DNA of 53,198 nucleotides from Thainema sp. (GTDB taxonomy: Bacteria > Cyanobacteriota > Cyanobacteriia > Phormidesmidales > Phormidesmidaceae): assembly GCA_052168235.1 (NCBI GenBank), contig JBQLZK010000052.1:1-53198 (forward strand). The letters run 5' to 3'. This document shows, one piece after another, positions 21,385 through 31,826 of the stretch (position 1 is the stretch's first letter; the number at the start of each line of letters is the position of its first letter). The notes beneath the pieces were generated by a model, which made no database searches, was not told the DNA's origin, and saw only the letters and a program-made list of their open reading frames with translations. Position numbers and translations under genes: made by a program.

Positions 21385-23082
21385 TTGGGGCTGTCCATCG
21401 GACTGCGACGATCAGTCCTCAGCATCTTGTCTGTTAGTCCCCAGCCGTTTAACGACCGAGAAGCTGAGTCCCGCATCTCGGCTTCATACTTTCCCCTGCG
21501 ATCGCTACAGGCTTGTCCCTCTTCTCCCCCTTCAATTGCTGATCTGTTCGACCTGCCGACCACAGCAAAGCGCTGGATCACGCACCACCTTCTCTTTCAT
21601 TTTCAACGCTGCGATCGCAGAGCGTTTCTTGACCTTTACGGCGACCCACAGCAGCAAGATCCACCCAGCGATTATCTCGCCAAAATCAAACAGGACAGCA
21701 TAGCCCATCGGCAAGCCGTTTTTGAGCAGGCTCCCATCCAGCGACCGCAATATCAGCAGGGTGACTGGCTCACCGGCGCAGAAGCTACGTTTGGCCTGAT
21801 GCAGCAGGGTGCCGAACGCATCGCTCAAGCCGTCCTGATCAGTCCCGGTTTTGACAACAATTTACCTCTAGTCAGCGTGCCAGATTTGCTTATTAAGCAA
21901 CCTGGCACGTCGATTTTTGGTGACTGGTACTACGTTCCGGCTGATATTCGCTACGGTAAACGTCCCAAGCGGGACTACCAAATCACGGCTGCCTTTCATG
22001 CTCATTTGCTGGCAGCGATTCAGCGTCGCTGGCCCGAGCAAAGCTGGCTAATTTTGCGGGAACAGCGCTGGTATGCGGTAAATCTGGAAGATGTTTTACC
22101 GCGGCTGTACGAGGTGCTAGAAAGCTGCATTGAAACAATTCAGACACCGCACACCGCGCCAGAAGTCTTCATTGCTCATAATCGCTGCGACCTCTGCCGC
22201 TGGTATAGCCACTGCTACGAAACTGCGATCGCAGATCGCCATCTCTCCCTTGTTCCCGGCGTAACGCCCAGCCGCTATACCCAGTTGCAAAAGCTGGGCA
22301 TCACAACCCTGGCTGACTTAGCCGCTACGTCACCGGCACTGCTCACCCCAATGCCGGGATTTGGCGCACCTGTGGCGCATAAAATGGTCGATCAGGCCCG
22401 TGCCAGCTTGGAGAACCGAGCCATTGCCCATACGATGACATCCGAGCAGCCCCATTTTCCGTTGGCACCCAAAGATCTTCCCACGGCAAATGTGGAGCTA
22501 TATTTTGATATTGAGTCTGCACCAGAGCACGATCTGGTCTACCTACACGGTGTTTTAGAAGTCAACCGGGCCGAAAATCGCCAAATCTTCCACGCGCTGC
22601 TGGCAGAAACAGCTGAAGAAGAAGAACAGGTGTGGCAGGATCTGCTTGACCTGTTTGATCGGCATCCCTACGCACCGATCTATCACTTCTGCCCCTACGA
22701 AGCCCAAACGATGCGGCGATTAGCGGAAAAGTACAATGCCTCACCCGCCCACATTGACTGGATTGTCGATCGCTTTGTTGATTTGCACCAGCTTGTCACG
22801 ACAACGGTGACGCTTCCTGTCGAAAGCTACGCGCTGAAGCACATTGCTCGCTGGATCGGCTTTGACTGGCGCGATGCCGATGCCAATGGGGCTCAGTCCA
22901 TCTGCTGGTACGCCAACTGGCTAGAGACTTGCGATCGCACTTACCTCGAAGCCATCCTCCGCTACAACGAAGACGACTGCCGCGCTACGTATCATCTCAA
23001 GGACTGGTTAGTCGGTTTTGCTAAGCAATTTTGGCTGACAGAACATGAAAGAGCAGCCATTCAATCCATCAAGATATCGTAG
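21385..23082 (+). CDS. TM0106 family RecB-like putative nuclease
   Basis: PDLL...ADIRYGK nuclease motif, CDLCRWYSHC, HhH-like VPGVT/MPGFG, C-terminal RNase H-like FDIE...YNEDDC; true start uncertain. Confidence 0.85.
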   Translation: MGLSIGLRRSVLSILSVSPQPFNDREAESRISASYFPLRSLQACPSSPPSIADLFDLPTTAKRWITHHLLFHFQRCDRRAFLDLYGDPQQQDPPSDYLAKIKQDSIAHRQAVFEQAPIQRPQYQQGDWLTGAEATFGLMQQGAERIAQAVLISPGFDNNLPLVSVPDLLIKQPGTSIFGDWYYVPADIRYGKRPKRDYQITAAFHAHLLAAIQRRWPEQSWLILREQRWYAVNLEDVLPRLYEVLESCIETIQTPHTAPEVFIAHNRCDLCRWYSHCYETAIADRHLSLVPGVTPSRYTQLQKLGITTLADLAATSPALLTPMPGFGAPVAHKMVDQARASLENRAIAHTMTSEQPHFPLAPKDLPTANVELYFDIESAPEHDLVYLHGVLEVNRAENRQIFHALLAETAEEEEQVWQDLLDLFDRHPYAPIYHFCPYEAQTMRRLAEKYNASPAHIDWIVDRFVDLHQLVTTTVTLPVESYALKHIARWIGFDWRDADANGAQSICWYANWLETCDRTYLEAILRYNEDDCRATYHLKDWLVGFAKQFWLTEHERAAIQSIKIS

Positions 23083-23537
23083 CCATCTCCATACGGCAGA
23101 ATTCAAACCCGTTGAGCCCGTCTTCCATAGGGGCTTGAAATATCTGAATAGCTGTGGATTCAAATCCGCTTGATTCTTTGGATGAAGCAAACGGCTAATT
23201 GCCCCTGCCGGAATTCTTCGGCGCATTCGGCAAATTGGGATAGATGATGTTAATACATGTTGAGGCGTGACGCCGCATCGATAAAAATTTGAACTAATTT
23301 CTATCCATCGGCATACGTATTTTATTGAATTCAACCAAAACTCGCATGTAGCCAATCTGCTCGTGAACCGGACTGTTTACGACGCTGCTTTGTGCTAATC
23401 CAAGCATTATCTATTCAAAAAGCTGACAGAGAAGCATTTTAATTTCTAGCTTTGAACGTTTAATGGCTTGGCCAAGTGAAACTAGGAGCTTAAGGACTTC
23501 GGGCTTTTTTATTCTTGATGGAGGTAGACAGGATTAA

Positions 23538-23558
23538 TTTTGGTTGTTATAACTATAA
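23538..23558. promoter_or_regulatory. Putative NrtR operator
   Basis: TTTTGGT-N7-ACTATAA, a 21-bp imperfect palindrome resembling the cyanobacterial NrtR box, upstream of pncB-nadD-nrtR. Confidence 0.7.
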
Positions 23559-23680
23559 ATAAGATCAGCATTTTTATCTGAATCTAAACAGCATCTTTGG
23601 GCAGCGTGTTTCTCAACCGCACGCCTTCTCAACCGCACGCCCAATTTGCCATCACTTGCTACACGCCGAGGACATCCATT

Positions 23681-25042
23681 ATGACTCCTTCCCTCGTTGT
23701 TACCCCACAGGATTACAGCCTGCTCACCGACCTGTATCAGCTAACAATGGCTGCTTGCTACGTTGGCGAAGGGTTAGATCAGCGCCGTGCCAGCTTCGAA
23801 CTCTTCACGCGTAAGTTACCCAATGGGTTTGGCTATCTAATTGCAATGGGTCTAGCCCAAGTGATGGACTACATCGACCATCTTCATTTTGACGCCCAGC
23901 AAATCCAGGCACTACAGGAAACGGGCCTCTTCGATCAAGCTCCTGATGAATTTTGGGCAAAGCTAGCCGATTTTCAGTTCGGCGGCGATGTTTGGGCCAT
24001 GCCGGAAGGAACGGCAGTTTTTCCCAATGAACCCTTGTTACGGGTTGAAGCTCCGCTTTGGCAGGCGCAGCTTTTGGAAACCTACGTGCTAAACACGATT
24101 AATTACCAAACACTAGTTGGGACACGGGCCGCCCGGATGCGCCACGTCGCAGGTAATGATGCCAAAATCCTCGAATTTGGGACGCGACGAGCCTTTAGTC
24201 CCCAAGCCTCCGTGTGGGCGGCCCGAGCTGCGATCGCAGGTGGCTTAGATTCCACATCCAATGTTCTGGCAGCCATTCAACTGGGTCGTAAACCCAGCGG
24301 CACGATGGCCCATTCCCTCGTCATGTCTCTCTCTGCTTTGGCAGGCACAGAATCCGATGCCTTTAACGCCTTTCAGCGCTATTTTCCTACCGCTCCGCTG
24401 CTGATTGATACCTACGACACGATAAATGCTGCCACAGAACTAGCGCGACGGGTGCGAGAAGAAGGACTGCAGGTAACAGGTGTACGGCTCGATTCTGGTG
24501 ATTTAGTTGAACTCTCCCAAAAAGTGCGATCGCTGTTGCCCGATATCACCATCTTTGCCAGCGGCGACCTCGACGAATGGGAAATTGCCCGCCTCAAAGC
24601 GGCCGGAGCCTCGATCGATGGCTACGGTATCGGCACCAAACTGGTCACAGGCGACCCCGTCAACGGTGTTTATAAAATCGTCGAAATTGACGGCATCCCG
24701 GTCATGAAGCGCTCCACCGACAAAGTCACCTATCCCAGCCGTAAGCAGGTTTTCCGCCAACTGCAAAACGGTAAGGCCATCGGCGATCGCTTAGCCCTGA
24801 TCGACGAAAGTCCCAATGCTAACGAAATCCCCCTGCTGCAACTGGTGTACCAAAACGGTCAGCGAATTCAAGCACCTGACCCACTAGATGCGATCGCACA
24901 GCGCACCGCCGCCACTGTCGCCAGCCTCCCCGAAGCCATTCGCCGCCTAGATAATCCCGACCCATACCCCCTCCAAATTTCTGACGCTCTAGAAACCTGC
25001 ACTACCCAAACCCGCCAGCACACCGAAAAACTAATGAGCTAA
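23681..25042 (+). CDS. pncB: Nicotinate phosphoribosyltransferase
   Basis: LLTDLYQLTM, EFGTRRA, GTMAHS, LIDTYD, VRLDSGD, GIGTKL; ATG 23681 follows GAGGA. Confidence 0.95.
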   Translation: MTPSLVVTPQDYSLLTDLYQLTMAACYVGEGLDQRRASFELFTRKLPNGFGYLIAMGLAQVMDYIDHLHFDAQQIQALQETGLFDQAPDEFWAKLADFQFGGDVWAMPEGTAVFPNEPLLRVEAPLWQAQLLETYVLNTINYQTLVGTRAARMRHVAGNDAKILEFGTRRAFSPQASVWAARAAIAGGLDSTSNVLAAIQLGRKPSGTMAHSLVMSLSALAGTESDAFNAFQRYFPTAPLLIDTYDTINAATELARRVREEGLQVTGVRLDSGDLVELSQKVRSLLPDITIFASGDLDEWEIARLKAAGASIDGYGIGTKLVTGDPVNGVYKIVEIDGIPVMKRSTDKVTYPSRKQVFRQLQNGKAIGDRLALIDESPNANEIPLLQLVYQNGQRIQAPDPLDAIAQRTAATVASLPEAIRRLDNPDPYPLQISDALETCTTQTRQHTEKLMS

Positions 25043-25055
25043 TCAAACAGGTTAC

Positions 25056-25083
25056 GTAAGGGCGAATAGCCATTCGCCCCTAC
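25056..25083. repeat. REP-like palindrome (GTAG...CTAC class)
   Basis: GTAAGGGCGAAT-AGCC-ATTCGCCCCTAC in the pncB-nadD spacer. Confidence 0.7.
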
Positions 25084-25142
25084 TCCCCCCTGCGCCCTTC
25101 ACAGCCCTTCCACTCTCCTACCCTCCCTAACCTCCGACTCCC

Positions 25143-25745
25143 ATGCTCCACATCGCCCTCTTCGGAACCAGCGCCGACCCCCCGCATCGCGGCCATCAGA
25201 TGGTATTGCGGTGGCTCGCCAATCGATTCGATCTCGTGGCCGTTTGGGCATCCGATAATCCCTTCAAAACTCACCAAACACCGCTGGCCGATCGCAAAAC
25301 TATGCTGCGGCTGCTGATTGCCGAGCTAAACGAGCAAACCTCTGGCAAGATCGGTCTGTATCCAGAACTGAGCCATCCTCGTGCGATCGCAACTGTGGAG
25401 CAAGCAAAAGCACATTGGCCGGAGGCTGAATTTAGTTTTGTAATTGGGTCAGACCTGTTGCCACAGTTACCGCGCTGGCATCGGATCGAAGATCTCGTCC
25501 ATCAGGTTAAGTTCTTAATCATTCCTCGTTCTGGTTATCCTATTCACGACCATGATCGGAACAGGCTAGAACAAATGGGCGCTCAACTCCAGATTGAAGA
25601 TATCGTTGGCCCCGATATCTCCTCTACCCGCTATCGAGAAGCCGGAACCGAGGAGAACGTCACAGCCCCCATCCAGGATTACATTCAACAAAATCAGTTA
25701 TACGCATGCCAGGATACCTCGAACAAAAGAACATCAGTGCGGTAA
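25143..25745 (+). CDS. nadD: Nicotinate-nucleotide adenylyltransferase
   Basis: ALFGTSADPPHRGH (HxGH), VIGSDL, ISST. Confidence 0.92.
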   Translation: MLHIALFGTSADPPHRGHQMVLRWLANRFDLVAVWASDNPFKTHQTPLADRKTMLRLLIAELNEQTSGKIGLYPELSHPRAIATVEQAKAHWPEAEFSFVIGSDLLPQLPRWHRIEDLVHQVKFLIIPRSGYPIHDHDRNRLEQMGAQLQIEDIVGPDISSTRYREAGTEENVTAPIQDYIQQNQLYACQDTSNKRTSVR

Positions 25746-26446
25746 CGAAACCGCCGCTTGCCGATTTCAAGGTAGGTGTGGATAATGTCATCTTTTCAGT
25801 AGATACCAGTCAGAATCGGCTGATGGTGCTGCTGGTCATGCGGCATGATGATCCATTTTTTGGCCAATGGAGCTGTCCCGGCACTCTAGTCCGTCAAGGA
25901 GAATCGCTGGAGGATGCCGCCTATCGGGTGCTATCCGAAAAAATCCGCGTTCACAATCTCTACCTGGAACAGCTTTATACCTTTGGCGGTCCCGATCGGG
26001 ATCCCCGCGAAGAAATCTATGGAGTGCGTTATCTATCAGTCAGTTACTTTGCCTTAGTGCGGTTTGAAGATGCTGAGCTAATCGCTGATGGCGTGGGCGG
26101 TATCGCCTGGTATCCGCTAGAGCAAATTCCTCAGCTCGCATTCGACCATAACGAAGTGGTGGCCTACGGCTATCGTCGCCTACGCAACAAATTGGAATAT
26201 AGTCCCATTGCCTTTGATGTACTACCGGAACGGTTTACGCTGGGGGATCTCTATCAGCTTTACACCACAGTTCTAGGCGAAGGCTTTTCTGACTATTCCA
26301 ACTTCCGTACCCGGCTCCTGAAGCTGGGTTTTTTAACCGATACGGGTGAGAAGACGTCCCGAGGGGCTGGGCGACCAGCAAGCCTCTATCAGTTTGAGGC
26401 AGAAGCGTTTGCAAAAGTGAAGGATAGGCCGATGGTGTTTATTTAA
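25706..26446 (+). CDS. nrtR: Nudix-related transcriptional regulator of NAD metabolism
   Basis: Degenerate Nudix box (PGTLVRQGESLEDAAYRVL), LEQLYTFG..DRDPR, LAFDH, C-terminal wHTH (NFR...GRPASLY). Confidence 0.9.
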   Translation: MPGYLEQKNISAVTKPPLADFKVGVDNVIFSVDTSQNRLMVLLVMRHDDPFFGQWSCPGTLVRQGESLEDAAYRVLSEKIRVHNLYLEQLYTFGGPDRDPREEIYGVRYLSVSYFALVRFEDAELIADGVGGIAWYPLEQIPQLAFDHNEVVAYGYRRLRNKLEYSPIAFDVLPERFTLGDLYQLYTTVLGEGFSDYSNFRTRLLKLGFLTDTGEKTSRGAGRPASLYQFEAEAFAKVKDRPMVFI

Positions 26447-26457
26447 AGAGAAAACGG

Positions 26458-26497
26458 GCAAGGTGTTGTGGTAGGCATGTCTACCACAACACCTTGC
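26458..26497. terminator. Strong hairpin between convergent genes
   Basis: GCAAGGTGTTGTGGTAG-GCATGT-CTACCACAACACCTTGC, 17-bp perfect stem, no U-tract. Confidence 0.6.
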
Positions 26498-26537
26498 TAC
26501 TAACGAAGGGGGATCGGACAGGGTAAATAGTGCTCAC

Positions 26538-28019
26538 CTATGGGGTTTCCAAGGCTGTTGTTGCTTGAGGTTCAGTGGTTGAAATAGTCAACACCTGTGG
26601 TGGGGTTGAATCGGGAGGATATAAGAACTGTACCTTGACTAACCGAGTTTCATCGGGTTCCAGATTGAGCTGAATCAGGGGATCGCCCTGCTGCCCCTGA
26701 CGCTGCGTCAAATGGATGTACTTAACCTGCGATCGCCCGTCATCATCCTCATAGAGAAACATGACGGTGCCCCGGAAAAAGACATTGGGATTGGGCGGCT
26801 CCAAAAATGCCAAACCATCTTCTAGCTCTTCATTTTGCAGCGGTGTTTCCACCGATAACGTCACGGTTTGGGGCTGATCGGTATCGTTGTGCAGCGGCAA
26901 GTCCAAATCATATTCAATACCGTAGTTTCCGTGGGCTCGATGAGCTGTATCGGGATAGCGCACCAGCATGGGCGCACTCTGCACCTGCCCTGTGCCAAAC
27001 GTATTGCGATCAACGGTGCTCAGGACATAGGAAACATGATCGCCTGCATCCGGAATCGCCAGCCGATCATCCTCGGTCGTCAGTGTTCCCTGCCAGTGCG
27101 AGCCTTCAGCGACTCCAGCCACACGACCATATAAAAATGGATCTGCATCTTCATCGTCCGGATCAGTGGGTGCCCGATCGCGAGGGCCAGCTAGATCTCC
27201 CTCTTTGAGGAGGGTCAGCCACTCGCTGAGACTCGGTACTCGTTCAATCCCATCTTCGTCGAGGGGCGCAAACATCGCCAGGCTAGCGATATGCAGCGGC
27301 CCATCACTACGCAGTCGCAGTAGCGTCGAACGAGCATTAATGCGCGTCACATTGGGGTTGGCTTTGGTTAAGTCTGCTGGCGGTAAAAGCGCACTGCCTT
27401 CGGCTAAGGAACCATTGACGGCCACATCAAGCTGCCGCAGCGGAATCGGCACATTCATCAGCAGGTGATTCTCACCCGGCGGAATTTCGATTGTTTGGAG
27501 CCAGTACCGCTGACTGCGATCGCGCAGCATGTCATTCATTAAACGGCTACCGGGGCCAGAAAACTGCGTTCCCAATAAATTGGGTTCCGTATCATCCAGC
27601 TCATGCCAAGGAGACTCTTGACTCAGATAGCTGGCCCCCTCCGTGATCACTAGTGTGACGGGTTCATCGCTGGGATTGTAAATTACGACCCCTTGGTAGA
27701 GGGTACGCATGTCACCTGGACTGGCATTGCGCACAACGTGGTGAGCAAACAGATCAAATCGCCCTTCAAACACGTAGTCCAAATGCGCTTCAGGAGCGTC
27801 CATGTCGTCACCTGGAAAGGTAGACAACAAAATCCCTTCCTGCTGAACCAGCTCTGGACTATTACTGTTAAACACGGGAACATCATCCAGTTCTCCTGGC
27901 AAGGCATGTACCTCTTGTTCCCGAACAACAGTCTGAGCCTGGGCTACGAGCTGCATCTCAAGATCAATCAGAGCCGGTGTACTCGCTACCAAACCCAACA
28001 GCGGTAAAAACGAAAGCAT
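26538..28019 (-). CDS. DUF3370 domain-containing exported protein
   Basis: LPGELDDVPVFNSNSPE, GILLSTFP, AHGNYGIEY and YPPDSTPPQVLT recognised as DUF3370 motifs; N-terminal signal peptide. Confidence 0.85.
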   Translation of the reverse strand: MLSFLPLLGLVASTPALIDLEMQLVAQAQTVVREQEVHALPGELDDVPVFNSNSPELVQQEGILLSTFPGDDMDAPEAHLDYVFEGRFDLFAHHVVRNASPGDMRTLYQGVVIYNPSDEPVTLVITEGASYLSQESPWHELDDTEPNLLGTQFSGPGSRLMNDMLRDRSQRYWLQTIEIPPGENHLLMNVPIPLRQLDVAVNGSLAEGSALLPPADLTKANPNVTRINARSTLLRLRSDGPLHIASLAMFAPLDEDGIERVPSLSEWLTLLKEGDLAGPRDRAPTDPDDEDADPFLYGRVAGVAEGSHWQGTLTTEDDRLAIPDAGDHVSYVLSTVDRNTFGTGQVQSAPMLVRYPDTAHRAHGNYGIEYDLDLPLHNDTDQPQTVTLSVETPLQNEELEDGLAFLEPPNPNVFFRGTVMFLYEDDDGRSQVKYIHLTQRQGQQGDPLIQLNLEPDETRLVKVQFLYPPDSTPPQVLTISTTEPQATTALETP

Positions 28020-28190
28020 AACCTCAACACCACACCACGTTAAGCAAAAATGCTGCTGTCTACCATACCATCCCTTTTGCCTTCTTATAGAATGATTAAG
28101 CAGAACGGCAATTCATTCTTCGGGATCAGGAATTAGACACACGCGAATTCGCTACGATAAAGGCGAAAAGACACCATACTGCTCTCACTC

Positions 28191-28466
28191 ATGCCAAATC
28201 AACTTCCGGATGAATCGCCCTACACATCGAATGGTCAGCCAACTCAAACTGATCAGTATCAGCTCAACGGTAAAGGTTTAAATCGGAATTCCACAGAACA
28301 AGAGGATAAAAAACTCCAGGGCTTTCAGCAGCAAACGAAGCGAGTTCTCTTAACGCTGCTGGCTGCTGGACTAATCGTTGGCGCACTGCTTTCAGTGCTG
28401 ATTATTGGGGCAATGCAGCGTTTTGACTTATTGGATAATCAACCGCAGATTGAGCAGGGGGAGTGA
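28191..28466 (+). CDS. Small single-TM hypothetical protein
   Basis: 91-aa ATG ORF with one hydrophobic helix. Confidence 0.6.
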   Translation: MPNQLPDESPYTSNGQPTQTDQYQLNGKGLNRNSTEQEDKKLQGFQQQTKRVLLTLLAAGLIVGALLSVLIIGAMQRFDLLDNQPQIEQGE

Positions 28467-28695
28467 GCAAGTGTCAGGCTGCAAAGGGCTGTAAACGGCT
28501 GTAGAGACTGTAAAAGAAAGTACAAGATAGAAGAAAAAGGAAAAAACGGGGCGAGGGGACTTTAAGAGGGCTACAGTATTGTGGTGCGGCATACATAAGA
28601 TTGGCAGATAAGAAACCAGATAAGCCACTATCAATTGCGATCGCACAAGCTGGTAACTCGTTACAATCCCGGTCTACACATTTATTGATCCGAAT

Positions 28696-29865
28696 ATGGT
28701 GCAGGAAAAGTCAATCAACGCTCAAGACCCTTCAACGACTGATCCGTTGGAACGAAATTCAGAATTAGACAACGAACTAGATAGCCCAGCATTGAACGCG
28801 ATCGCACCTCCAGCCTCTTCATCTCTCCCGCCCCCCAACCGCATTCGCCAACTCGGCATTAACCTCAACCACTGGTACGTTGTCGCCCAACAGAAGGAGC
28901 TTCAGCAGCAGCCCATTGGCATTACGCTTTGGTCTCAGGAAATCGTCCTCTATCGCGATCGCAGCGGGCAGGTTCATGCGCTCGAAAATCGCTGTCCCCA
29001 TCGCCACGTCAAGCTTAGCCACGGTCAGGTTGTTACTGACCACCTAGAATGTGCTTACCACGGCTGGCAGATTGATGCAAATGGTCACTGTGCCCATGTA
29101 CCCTATCTGGCCGACAATCAAAAGCTGCCTACCTGCCAGCTCCGCCGCTATCCGGTGCGGGAGCAAGATGGTTTTATTTGGCTCTTTCCAGGCGAGGTTG
29201 ACTTGGCCGATCAGGTTAAACCGATGGGCCTGCCCGAGTGGGATGAATTGAATTACATTGCCTCGTTTGCTGTGATCGATACCCAGGCGCACTATTCATT
29301 CCTGATTGAAAACCTGATGGATATGTATCACGGCCATCTGCACCAGGACTATCAAGCCTGGGCTGATCCAGTATTACAGGACATTGACGTAAGTTGCGAT
29401 CGCGTTGATGCCCATTACCAAGCGCAGAGCTATTACAAAATCGACAAAATCTGGTCAATTTCCCAGCTCTTTTTCCCCAGCCTGCGTCGTTTGCATCCCG
29501 AACCGCTAGATGTCAGCTACGTTTATCCTCACTGGGCATCGCGTTTGGGCGACGATTTCAAGATTTACTGTTTGCTGTGTCCAATCAGTAAAACTCACAC
29601 TAAGGCTTATCTGGTTCACTTCACGTCGCTGAACGCTTTTCACCGACTGCACAAGTTACCGATTCCGTTTCGTCGATTTGTGCGTGACAGTCTGTTCGGC
29701 TCAGCACGTAAGCTGCTTGAAGGACTCATTGAGCAGGACATTTTGATGATTGAGGAGGAGCAGCAGTTTTTTGCAAAGCACCCCGAGCAACGCGGCTATG
29801 AGCTAAATCGAGCGTTAATTCAAGTGCAAAAACTGATGCAGCAGCAAGCTTTAGCGACAAAATAG
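28696..29865 (+). CDS. Rieske non-heme iron oxygenase alpha subunit (PAO/CAO/VanA-like)
   Basis: Rieske CPHR...CAYHGW and mononuclear iron site ENLMDMYHGHLH. Confidence 0.9.
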   Translation: MVQEKSINAQDPSTTDPLERNSELDNELDSPALNAIAPPASSSLPPPNRIRQLGINLNHWYVVAQQKELQQQPIGITLWSQEIVLYRDRSGQVHALENRCPHRHVKLSHGQVVTDHLECAYHGWQIDANGHCAHVPYLADNQKLPTCQLRRYPVREQDGFIWLFPGEVDLADQVKPMGLPEWDELNYIASFAVIDTQAHYSFLIENLMDMYHGHLHQDYQAWADPVLQDIDVSCDRVDAHYQAQSYYKIDKIWSISQLFFPSLRRLHPEPLDVSYVYPHWASRLGDDFKIYCLLCPISKTHTKAYLVHFTSLNAFHRLHKLPIPFRRFVRDSLFGSARKLLEGLIEQDILMIEEEQQFFAKHPEQRGYELNRALIQVQKLMQQQALATK

Positions 29866-29955
29866 AGGCATCGAAAACGGCTGCTTTAAAGTGCGATCGC
29901 ACCTACTCACCCTAATCACAAAGATTTTAATCTTGAGTGCGATCGCACTTGTCTA

Positions 29956-31826
29956 CTAACTTTTATCCTGATTGCCATCAGACCATCGTTTGTAGACTGG
30001 TACAAGGCAAAAGTGCAGGGTTAGCCACCAGAAGTAGAACAATTCGGATGTAAAAAATTGGTCATAATTGAATAAACCATGACAAATCTCATTTCTAAGA
30101 TTAGATCCCATAGGCTCATTCAGTAAGCCCTTCAAAGCAAAAATGATATCTTTACTCAATACCTCAAGTAGATCCGGAGAATCTAAAATTTTTCCAAGAG
30201 TAAAATCTTCTTGAATTATTGCTCTCTTGGATGCCACAGAACCATCCTGCTTCAGGATATGGCGCAAAGAATTCTCTAGCTGTGGAATTAGCAAATGTGT
30301 TGCTACCAACAGATCTCCTTTCAAACCTGCCAACAAACCTTGCGCATAGATAGGTTCACGTCCTTGTGGAATAAATGAGTTCTCATCAAAGATAAAGGAC
30401 AAGTCTTCCAAAGACAAAGTATGTTCAGAGCAAATTTGGTGGCACGCAGGAACAACAAAGTTCAGGCCATACCACTGTTGATAAAACCTTGCAATTTCGA
30501 ACATTTTATTCTCTAAATCACTTTTGCTCTTGCCGCTAATAGCTTTAGTTTTCCCCTCTCTATCAACGAGGGCCATCGGAATTAAATGAGACTTGTAAAT
30601 CTGCATTTCTTGTTCCGCTTCTGACCGAAGATCTTCGATAGTACGAATCAGTGAATATTCAAATACTAAAGAACATAAAGCATCAAAGAGAGTTTTACCT
30701 TTAACTAACTCTCTCGCGGTTTTTTGCATCTCTGGATCGTGAAAAGTGTCTGTTGAGGTGGGAACATAAACCACTTGAGACATTGACTGTTTCTGATAAG
30801 CAAGCATCTGTTTGTGCAGTTCTTGCATACGGTTAGAAGTATCTTGTCTTCTACCAACCTTTTGTCGCTCTCAATCTTCTCTAAAAAAGCGATCGCATTT
30901 TCAATCCGTCCTGCTGCTATAGCATAGGGATCAGGCTCATTCTGCACTAGTGCTTGTTGAGCGTACCAAACTTCTAACTCTACACACTGAATTGCTGCCT
31001 TACGTTCCAACTCTTTATCACCAGCTATTTTGTACCACTTGCTTTCTAACTGCCTATACGCTTGCTTTTGATGAAAAGCATCATGGTGATTTTGGATACT
31101 TTCTGCAGAAAGCACTTTTTGAGCAGCAAGCTTGGCATAGTTTTTTACGTAAGGAGGAAGATCCGTAATGATAGCGCTGAGACTCTTACGTAGGTCTTCT
31201 TGAAGCACCATCATTGCGCTACCAGTTATAAACTCATTTTCTACAGTTGCATAGCGATCTATGAGTTGTTCGATATGAGAAACAACTATGCGGCACATTT
31301 CTATCTTCTTCTTGCCATCAACCCGTAGAGCTAGTTGTGCTGCTCGTTGGAGTCTTTGATAACAGGGCATCCAACTCTTATCATTTTCAAGGTTTTTAGC
31401 TGCTTTAAGATATGACGTCACAGCCAATCCAGCCATTTGAATAGGTCTACTTCGCTCCGGGTCTCGCTTACAAATCCAAAGAATGTCAGCTATCCTTGCT
31501 CGTAGCTCAGGATCAGATACCACTACAGCCAACTCTCTTAGTAGAGTCAGTTGCTCATCAGACAAGCTAGATGATATTTCCTCTTCAAGGAAAGACATAT
31601 TTTTCCGTCCAAGAGGTTCCATCAAGATTGAAGTGATACTACTTAGGAAAGTAAAAACTTCCTGTCCGACCGCGTCATTGGCTAACTGATAGTTTTCAGC
31701 TCTTACTCGAAATTCTTGACTGTATTTTTGGCATTGCTTAGGTTCTATTTTGTCTATAACTGTTACCCATTGATACCTATCGAAGTCTTGTAATGTGGGT
31801 CGAGAATTAGGATTAGGTATTGGCAT
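29956..31826 (-). pseudogene. DUF4209 (HEPN-like) protein split by a single frameshift near 30870
   Basis: Two overlapping ORFs in different frames (31826-30705 and 30828-29956); LRARIADILW N-terminal motif; C-terminal LIPQLENSLRHIL and NLRNEICHG (R-X4-H); joined length about 620 aa. Confidence 0.75.

Noticed and set aside
23008..23355. 115-aa minus ORF or possible gene relic between the nuclease and pncB
   Set aside because: TTG start, overlaps the nuclease 3' end, and no frame gives a recognisable motif; a decayed gene cannot be supported without a search
28477..28516. GGCTGTAAAN 10-bp periodic repeats as HLR1
   Set aside because: GC-rich flanks break the consensus and similar units occur in the simple-repeat tracts
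28653..28664. GTAACTCGTTAC palindrome as an NtcA site
   Set aside because: Spacing is N6, not the N8 required for NtcA
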